Positions 57,754 to 64,000 of a stretch of 64,000 nt of DNA are shown here, one piece after another. Origin of the DNA: Dehalococcoidia bacterium (GTDB taxonomy: Bacteria > Chloroflexota > Dehalococcoidia > UBA2979); contig CBDAOL010000009.1 in assembly GCA_965198045.1 (NCBI GenBank), forward strand, positions 254,445-318,444. Direction: 5' to 3'. The notes under the pieces were generated by a model. The model worked only from the letters and a program-made list of their open reading frames with translations. It made no database searches and was not told the DNA's origin. Positions within the stretch are counted from its first letter, which is position 1; the number at the start of each line of letters is the position of its first letter. The position numbers and the translations under genes were made by a program.

Positions 57754-58362
57754 ATGGCCGACGAAGCCAACGAACAGCCCCCCGTCATCAGCTTCACCGA
57801 CCAGGCGTCGCTGAAGCTGCACGAGGTGATTAACAACCACCCGAATCCCGTGGCGGGCCTGCGCCTTCAGATTCTCGGGCGCACCGACGAGGGCTTCCAG
57901 CACGTGCTTTCGCTCGTCGAGGAGGGCGCCGAGATCGACGACGACATCGTCGTCGAGGCCGCCGACATCCGCGTGTACGTCGAGACCCGCAACACGCGCT
58001 ACCTCGATGGCATCGAGGTCGACTTCGAGGACAAGGGGCCTGACCAGAGCGGCCTCGAATTCACGAACCCGAACCCGCAGTGGTTCGACGAGCGCGAGGC
58101 GCAGATCCACACCTTGTTCGAGCAGCAGATCAACCCGCAGATCGCCTCGCACGGCGGAATGATCTCGCTGCTCGAGGTGCGCGGACGGACGGCCTACGTG
58201 GAGTTCGGCGGCGGCTGCGTCGGCTGCGGGATGCTCGACGTCACGCTCAAGCAGGGCGTCGAGGTGGCTGTGAAGCAGCAGGTCGCAGACATCGACGAGA
58301 TCGTCGACACGACCGACCACGCCTCGGGCAACAACCCGTACTACAAGCCCGCGAAGAAGTAG
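57754..58362 (+). CDS. nfuA: Fe-S cluster biogenesis protein, NfuA-type (degenerate A-type-carrier N-domain plus Nfu C-domain)
   Basis: N-terminal ...ISFTDQASLKLHEVI...GLRLQILG.... C-terminal Nfu domain with CxxC (...VEFGGGCVGCGMLDVTLKQGVE...). Confidence 0.7.
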   Translation: MADEANEQPPVISFTDQASLKLHEVINNHPNPVAGLRLQILGRTDEGFQHVLSLVEEGAEIDDDIVVEAADIRVYVETRNTRYLDGIEVDFEDKGPDQSGLEFTNPNPQWFDEREAQIHTLFEQQINPQIASHGGMISLLEVRGRTAYVEFGGGCVGCGMLDVTLKQGVEVAVKQQVADIDEIVDTTDHASGNNPYYKPAKK

Positions 58363-58368
58363 CCGCGG

Positions 58369-59595
58369 CTACTCGATCTCGAACGTCAACGCGGCATGCG
58401 CGTCGCGCAGCGCCTGCTCGACCTCGGCCGGAGCGCCGCCGCGCGCGAAGATGAACCCGAGGTACTCCGAGCCCTCGGGCAGCGGGATCACCTCGTTGCC
58501 CGGCCGGACCTCGATCGTCACCGACTCGATCAGCGGGCCCGCCTCGGCCGCCTCGACGCCCGCGACGGAGCGCAGCGTGCCCGCGCGCGGGATCGGGATC
58601 ATCATCACCCCAGCCGCTGCCAGCGCGCGTTCGTACGAGGGCACGCCAGCGCCGGTCGCATGGCGCAGGATCAGCTCCTCGAGCGACATGCCGGTGCCGA
58701 ACGACAGCGTGCGGGAGCAGAGGCCCCCGATCGAGCGGGCGGCAATGTCGACCGCATAGATCGCGTTGTCGTTGAGTCGCAGCTCGGCGTGGACCGCGCC
58801 GTCGGTCAGCCCGAGGGCGCGGCAGGCCGCCTCGGACGCTTCGGCGATGGCCCGCTGATCGGCATCCGGTAGTCGCGAGGGCGTGACGTAGCTCGTCTCC
58901 TCGAAGTAGGGCCCCTCGAGAGGGTCGGGTTTGTCGAAGAGCGCGAGTACCTGTAGCCGGCCATCCTCGAGCAGTCCCTCGACCGAGACCTCGACGCCCG
59001 GGATGTACTCCTCGATCAGCACGCGGTCGGCCAGCTCGGGTCCGCACTCCGCGTGCGCGCTCGGCGTCGCGAGGATGTTGCGGACCCGCCCGAACGCGAC
59101 GGCGAACTCGGCCGCGTCGTTCGCGCGGATCACGCCGCGGCTGGCCGAGAGCGCCAGCGGCTTGACCACCAGCGGATACGTCAGGCCCTCGATCGCCGCC
59201 GGATCTGCGTCGGTCGGACAGACCCGGTAGCGCGGCGAAGGCAGGCCGGCCTCGGCGATGCGGGCGCGCAGCTCAGCCTTGTTGCGTGTCGCCTCCACAG
59301 CCGCGACGGGGTTGTGCGGCAGCTCGAGTCGGCGGGAGGCGCGGGCGGCCAGCACCGCGCCGCCGTCATCGACGGCGATGATCGTGTCGAGGGGATGGCG
59401 GTTCGCGAACTCCTCGATCTCCTCGGCGCCGCGTTCGGCATCGACGAAGCTGAAGGCGACGAGGCCCGAGTCGTCGGCCAGCGGGTTGCGACGGTCGGAG
59501 CCGACGACGACCTCGACATCGAGCTTCGTCGCCGCCGCCATGAAGTCGGGGGCGCGGTAGCTGGCGCTTGGGATCAGCAGCAGCACACGTGACAT
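58369..59595 (-). CDS. ATP-grasp enzyme (L-amino-acid-ligase / carboxylate-amine-ligase-like)
   Basis: Central ATP-grasp region ...LTYPLVVKPLALSASRGVIRANDAAE...LIEEYIPGVEVSVEGL.... Start trimmed to the ATG at 59595. Confidence 0.65.
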   Translation of the reverse strand: MSRVLLLIPSASYRAPDFMAAATKLDVEVVVGSDRRNPLADDSGLVAFSFVDAERGAEEIEEFANRHPLDTIIAVDDGGAVLAARASRRLELPHNPVAAVEATRNKAELRARIAEAGLPSPRYRVCPTDADPAAIEGLTYPLVVKPLALSASRGVIRANDAAEFAVAFGRVRNILATPSAHAECGPELADRVLIEEYIPGVEVSVEGLLEDGRLQVLALFDKPDPLEGPYFEETSYVTPSRLPDADQRAIAEASEAACRALGLTDGAVHAELRLNDNAIYAVDIAARSIGGLCSRTLSFGTGMSLEELILRHATGAGVPSYERALAAAGVMMIPIPRAGTLRSVAGVEAAEAGPLIESVTIEVRPGNEVIPLPEGSEYLGFIFARGGAPAEVEQALRDAHAALTFEIE

Positions 59596-59683
59596 CGGTG
59601 CTGTTCCTTCGTCCGCGGCGAGATCAGCAACGGCCGGCCTGGTGGCCGGCCGTTCGCCTCGATGGTGTGCCGGTCGGAGCGGG

Positions 59684-60028
59684 CTAGCTGCAGCCGCAGC
59701 CGCCGCCACCACCTCCGCCGCCGCCGAGCAGCGAGGCGTTCGGCGCGTCGATCGAGAAGCCCTGCTGCATCACGTCGTTGACGTAGTCGATGGAGGCGCC
59801 CTCGAGGGCCAGCGCCAACGCCGGCTCCGCGATGATCTTGAGCGTCCCGACCTCGATGATCTGGTCCGTCGCGGACGCCTCGTCGAGGCCCATCCCGAAG
59901 CCGGGGCCACTGCACGCGCAGCCGCCGCCCTGCTGGGCAAAGATGCGGACCGCCGTCGGGCCCTCGTCGCGTCCGGACAGCAGTGTCGTCAATTGCTCGC
60001 GCGCGCCGTCAGTGACGGTGAGGTTCAT
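59684..60028 (-). CDS. IscA/HesB-like A-type Fe-S carrier with a Gly9 insertion before the C-terminal CGC motif
   Basis: MNLTVTDGAREQL...FAQQGGGCACSGPGFGMGL...LLGGGGGGGGGCGCS*; first Cys and terminal CGC spacing like IscA/SufA. Confidence 0.6.
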   Translation of the reverse strand: MNLTVTDGAREQLTTLLSGRDEGPTAVRIFAQQGGGCACSGPGFGMGLDEASATDQIIEVGTLKIIAEPALALALEGASIDYVNDVMQQGFSIDAPNASLLGGGGGGGGGCGCS

Positions 60029-60140
60029 GCCTGCTCCCTCGTGACCTCGCGACCGCGAGGTGAAAATCCTATGGCTCAGCCGCGATGCGCCCAAGCGGAC
60101 TCCCATGATAGCGCGAAGTGTTCTCGGACGCTGCGAGGCG

Positions 60141-62339
60141 TCACTCGGCCGTCGCAAGCACGCGCAGCAGATCGTCGCCGAAGCGCGCCACCCGTGACTC
60201 GCCGAGGCCCCACACCTCGAGCAGTTGCGCGCGCGAGCCGGGGCGGGCGGCCACCAGCTCTCGCAGTGTGCGATCGGAACAGATCGTATACGCGGGCACG
60301 CCCTGGTCGCGCGCCTGCTCCGAGCGCCATGCCCGCAACGCCTCGAACAGCGGGTCGTCAGGCGTGATCGCGGCGGACTGCTCGCCCTCGCCGGGAGCCG
60401 CACGCAGGCGGGGTTGCAGCGAGGCCACGCGTGGAGCCGCCTCGGGATGCTCCGCCTCCCAGTCGGCGATCAGCCGGAGCAGCTCGCGGCCGAACCGGTC
60501 GACACGCGTCGCGCCGATGCCCCAGACGCGCAACAGCTCCTCGCGGTCACGCGGACGCTGCGAGGCGAGTTCGCGCGCGGTACGGTTCTCAAACACGAGG
60601 TAGGGGTCGCGCCCGCCGGTGCGCGCGATCTGCTCGCGCAGGTCGAGGATCGCGTCCACCAGATCGTCCAGCTCGCCGTCAGCCGCGTCCGCCGCCGTGT
60701 CGGTGCAGCGATCGCAGGCGTCGCAGCGCTCAGGTGGGTCCTCGCCGAAGTAGCGCAGCACGAGCGCGCGCCGGCACGAGGTCGTTTCGGCGTACTCGGT
60801 CATCTCGCGTAGTCGGGCCTCGGCGTGCGCGCGGTGCCGAGCAATGCCGGAGACATCGATCGGCGCCTCGGGGTCGAATGAGGTGAGGCGGAGCGCCACC
60901 TGGTCGAGCAAGCTCGACTGCCGGAGCGCGCCGACGACGAGGGCGAACGTCTCCTGCTCACCCGCGCCTAAGTCCGCGGGCAGTTGTCCCTCCGGACCGG
61001 CCATCGCCACCCAGCGCCGCCACATCTCGCGCACCGCCTCTGGCTCCGGGTGCGCCTCCTCGATGAAGTGCTGTTGGTAAACACGATCGCGGCGGCCGTA
61101 GAGCAGCGTGCACTCGGCCGGATCGCCGTCGCGGCCGGCGCGACCGGCCTCCTGGTAGTAGGCTTCGAGGCGTCCGGGCAGGTTGAGGTGGATGACATAA
61201 CGCACATCTGGTTTGTCGATGCCCATGCCGAAGGCGTTCGTTGCAACGATCACCCGCACCGTACCGAGCGTGAACCTGCGCTGGATCGAGGTGCGGTCTT
61301 CCCGTCTGAGGCCCGCGTGGTACGGCGCCGCCTCGATGCCTGCGGCGACGAGGTCGTTCGCCAGCTCCTCGACGCTACGCCTCGTGCGCACGTAGACGAT
61401 GCCGGCGTCGTCCGGACGTTCGCGGGCGTAGTCCACGACCCAGCGCCGCCGCGCTTCCAGCTGGCTCACCGGCACCACCGCGAAGTGCAAGTTGGGCCGA
61501 TCGACGCTGGTCACCACCTCAGCCGCGTCGCCGGCGATGCCCAGCCGCACGGCGATGTCGCGCCGCACCTGCGGGTTCGCCGTCGCGGTCAGCGCCAGCG
61601 TGCGAGGGCTCCCGAGCCGCTCGCGCACCACACCTAGCTGGAGGTAGTCGGGGCGAAAGTTGTGCCCCCACTCTGAAATGCAGTGCGCCTCGTCGATCGC
61701 CAGCAGGTGCACCCCGGCGCGCCGCAGCCCCGCGGTGAACCCTGGGTTTTGGAAACGCTCGGGCGCGACGAAGAGGAGGTCCGTTCGGCCCTCGACGAAA
61801 TCGCGATAGCGACGATTCTGCTCGTCGCGACCCAGGTTCGAGTTGATGAACGTCGCCGCCACGCCCGCGCCCTGGAGCGACTCGACCTGGTCCTGCATGA
61901 GGGCGATCAGCGGAGAGACCACCAGCGTGCGCCCGACCTCGAGGGCGGGCAGGGCGTAACAGAGGCTCTTGCCGCTGCCGGTCGGCATCACGGCCAGCGT
62001 GTCGCGCGACGCGAGCGCGGTCAGGACATCGGCCTGGCCGTCGCGGAAGTCGGGGAACCCGAAGGTGTCGCGCAGTTGCTGGCGGTACCTCGAGAGCTCG
62101 CTCGGCAGGCGCACCGCCGGCGAAGGTGGTGTCGCCTCGGCGGGCGTGGGCGCTGGTACCGCCGACGAGGGCGGTCGGATCCGCGTCCGTGGCTCGGCCG
62201 GGCGCTCCGCCCCCATCGGCGGCGGACCGTCCTCGAGGCGTGCCCCGCACTCGTGGCAGAACGCGGCCTCGTCGACGAGGGTCGCGCCGCACTCGTCGCA
62301 GCCCTCGGCGGGGGCGGTGTCCATCGCTCGTGCTTCCAC
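60141..62339 (-). CDS. recQ: ATP-dependent DNA helicase RecQ with N-terminal zinc-ribbon and two C-terminal HRDC domains
   Basis: N-terminal CDECG...CHECG. Helicase motifs I (MPTGSGKSLCY), II (DEAH), the RecQ Zn-binding region, and two HRDC-like repeats (...LLRVWGIGATRVDRFG..., ...LLEVWGLGESRVARFG...). Confidence 0.85.
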   Translation of the reverse strand: MEARAMDTAPAEGCDECGATLVDEAAFCHECGARLEDGPPPMGAERPAEPRTRIRPPSSAVPAPTPAEATPPSPAVRLPSELSRYRQQLRDTFGFPDFRDGQADVLTALASRDTLAVMPTGSGKSLCYALPALEVGRTLVVSPLIALMQDQVESLQGAGVAATFINSNLGRDEQNRRYRDFVEGRTDLLFVAPERFQNPGFTAGLRRAGVHLLAIDEAHCISEWGHNFRPDYLQLGVVRERLGSPRTLALTATANPQVRRDIAVRLGIAGDAAEVVTSVDRPNLHFAVVPVSQLEARRRWVVDYARERPDDAGIVYVRTRRSVEELANDLVAAGIEAAPYHAGLRREDRTSIQRRFTLGTVRVIVATNAFGMGIDKPDVRYVIHLNLPGRLEAYYQEAGRAGRDGDPAECTLLYGRRDRVYQQHFIEEAHPEPEAVREMWRRWVAMAGPEGQLPADLGAGEQETFALVVGALRQSSLLDQVALRLTSFDPEAPIDVSGIARHRAHAEARLREMTEYAETTSCRRALVLRYFGEDPPERCDACDRCTDTAADAADGELDDLVDAILDLREQIARTGGRDPYLVFENRTARELASQRPRDREELLRVWGIGATRVDRFGRELLRLIADWEAEHPEAAPRVASLQPRLRAAPGEGEQSAAITPDDPLFEALRAWRSEQARDQGVPAYTICSDRTLRELVAARPGSRAQLLEVWGLGESRVARFGDDLLRVLATAE

Positions 62340-62510
62340 GCTGCTCCCGGCACTGCTACCGCACCCGCGCGTGGGAGCGCGCGAGGCGAAGTCGGACCCG
62401 ATCGCGTCTCGGCTGGGGTGCGCTGATCCTAGCAGCGCGGCCGCCTTCGACGGAGCGCGATGGCCGTTCCGCCGAGGTCCGCGGATAATGCAGGCGCGGG
62501 CGGGTGAGAG

Positions 62511-63113
62511 TTGGTGGTCCGAGTGTCTCGTCGCGCCCCAGCTCGCCTGGCGCCTGCGCGCCTCGGCGGTCTCGCATTGCTGACGCTCGCCCTCGTGCTC
62601 GTCGCCTGCGGCGACGACGCCAGCGAGGCGACGCCGACGCCGACGCCACCGACACCGACCGACCCCGAAGCGACGCCGCTACCGCCGGACTGGCCGAGCG
62701 ACTTGCTGACGCTCGCCGAGGCGGATTTCGGCGCCCTGCCTATCCTCGACGAGCTGCAGCGGCTATCGAACGGCGGGTCTGTTCCCCAGGAACGTGTCGC
62801 CCTGTACGACCTGATCGGCGAGGACGACGTACTCGAGGCGATGGTCTTTGTTGAGTCCGGCGGCACGCTCGGCGACCTGGGCCTCGCGATCTACGAACTC
62901 CTCGACGGCGGTCCGCGCCTCGTGACCTACATCGAGACCGCCGGGCGCATCGAGTTCAACCAGGACCTTGAGCTGTTCTTCTCGTTCGAGGGCAGCTACG
63001 AGGCCGGCGATGCCGAATGCTGTCCCTCGAAGCTTCGCGAGATCGCCTACGGGTGGAACGGCGAGCGGTTCGAGGTGGTCAGCGACCAGACGGTGGACAA
63101 CCCCGACCGTTAG
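62511..63113 (+). CDS. secreted lipoprotein, unknown function
   Basis: Signal peptide with lipobox LVLVACG, Pro/Thr linker (TPTPTPPTPTDPEATP), then a globular domain. Confidence 0.5.
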   Translation: MVVRVSRRAPARLAPARLGGLALLTLALVLVACGDDASEATPTPTPPTPTDPEATPLPPDWPSDLLTLAEADFGALPILDELQRLSNGGSVPQERVALYDLIGEDDVLEAMVFVESGGTLGDLGLAIYELLDGGPRLVTYIETAGRIEFNQDLELFFSFEGSYEAGDAECCPSKLREIAYGWNGERFEVVSDQTVDNPDR

Positions 63114-63122
63114 CGCGCCGCG

Positions 63123-63668
63123 CTAGGCATCGGGCGTCTCGCGGGCATCGGCGGCTGCCGCCAGCTCGCCCAGCTCCAGGGCCGCGAGGTGAGTCTCCAG
63201 GCTCTGCGCGCATCGCGCGGGCTCGGCGATGGCGATCTCCGTGAGCAGCTGGCGCAGCGTACCGAACTGGAACGCCGTGTGGTGCGTCTCTTCGAGCCGC
63301 GCCTCCAACGCTCGAGCCAGCGAGGCCAGCTGCCGGCGGTCCTGCTCGAGCCGCGCGAGCAGCCCGTCGAGGTCGGGCGTGGCGTACATCAGCGAGGCGA
63401 TGGCGAGCGGCGCCTGATCGCCGCGCTCCGGGACCGCGGGAGCTCCGGCGCCGATCGCGGCCAGCGACTGCGCAGCCAGCTCCAGCGTCGAGGCCAACGC
63501 GGTCACCCGCCAGCGCGGTGTCACGCCCGTCTCGTCCTCTTCGTCAGCCCGTGATTCACCGACGCGGCGCAGCGCGCTGCCGAGGCGCCGGTGCAACTCG
63601 CCCGACGCCTCTTCGAGCATCTCGAGCGGCAGCGCGTCGAACTCTGCGCGTGCGGGGTCACTGGTCAT
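63123..63668 (-). CDS. hypothetical protein (181 aa, Ala/Leu/Glu-rich helical)
   Basis: ORF with genome-typical codon bias. No family recognised. Confidence 0.4.
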   Translation of the reverse strand: MTSDPARAEFDALPLEMLEEASGELHRRLGSALRRVGESRADEEDETGVTPRWRVTALASTLELAAQSLAAIGAGAPAVPERGDQAPLAIASLMYATPDLDGLLARLEQDRRQLASLARALEARLEETHHTAFQFGTLRQLLTEIAIAEPARCAQSLETHLAALELGELAAAADARETPDA

Positions 63669-63709
63669 CGTGTCGCCGGTCCTGTTGCGCCGTACGAGCC
63701 CGCCGTACC

Positions 63710-63982
63710 GTGGAGGGCGTGAACGGCATCGGTCTTGGTACCCATCTTCTGATCTTCGGGGCGCTCGTCGTCAACCTCTGGTTCGCCGGCGACCTGGTCG
63801 AGGCGGTCACGACACACCAGGTGCGCGGTCTCTTCGAGCTCACGCTGATCCTCGGCTGGCTCTGGTTCGTGATCGGAATGCAGGTACCGCTGCCGGGCAG
63901 CAAACGCTGGCGCGAGCGTCGCCAGCTACTCCGCGAACTCGACGACGAGCGACGTGAGGCCGAGGAGCGTGACCGACGCTAA
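63710..63982 (+). CDS. small two-TM membrane protein with charged C-terminal tail (start uncertain)
   Basis: ...GIGLGTHLLIFGALVVNLWFAG...LILGWLWFVIGMQVP.... A GTG start near 63710-63719 is inferred. Confidence 0.3.
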   Translation: MEGVNGIGLGTHLLIFGALVVNLWFAGDLVEAVTTHQVRGLFELTLILGWLWFVIGMQVPLPGSKRWRERRQLLRELDDERREAEERDRR

Positions 63983-64000
63983 GGCGAGAAGGTGCTCGGC

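Overview
This is a very GC-rich (about 70%), densely coding chromosomal segment with roughly 65 genes. Codon bias, frequent GGAGG-type ribosome-binding sites and several F420-dependent enzyme families (LLM class, PPOX class) point to a high-GC Terrabacteria lineage, either Chloroflexota/Thermomicrobia-like or Actinomycetota; this is inference only. Most of the window is redox and catabolic metabolism:
- two molybdenum hydroxylase systems (one cut by the 5-prime window edge);
- a pair of ABC exporters;
- a crotonase, a MaoC-type hydratase pair, an NMO-family enzyme and EtfBA;
- Zn-ADHs, aldo/keto reductases, a P450, a Baeyer-Villiger monooxygenase and a TPP enzyme;
- MFS transporters, PncA/PncB (NAD salvage), NfuA, an IscA-like protein and RecQ.

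Three features stand out:
- a co-oriented minus-strand cluster (42444..49140) linking a PAS histidine kinase and a receiver-domain-fused, cysteine-free TrxR-like flavoprotein to sulfur-handling genes. One of these is a rhodanese-CBS ORF broken by a single in-frame TGA at the catalytic loop, which is either a candidate selenocysteine codon or a nonsense mutation;
- a tRNA-Met (CAT) at 51491..51565 bordered by a patch of gene remnants;
- an unusually high number of broken genes: seven frameshifts, three truncated remnants and one in-frame stop. This could be real gene decay or indel-prone assembly.

No CRISPR array, integrase or transposase was found. Coordinates derived from the ORF track are reliable. 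Features I located by hand (tRNA, small ORFs, repeats, frameshift positions) may be off by 1-2 nt.
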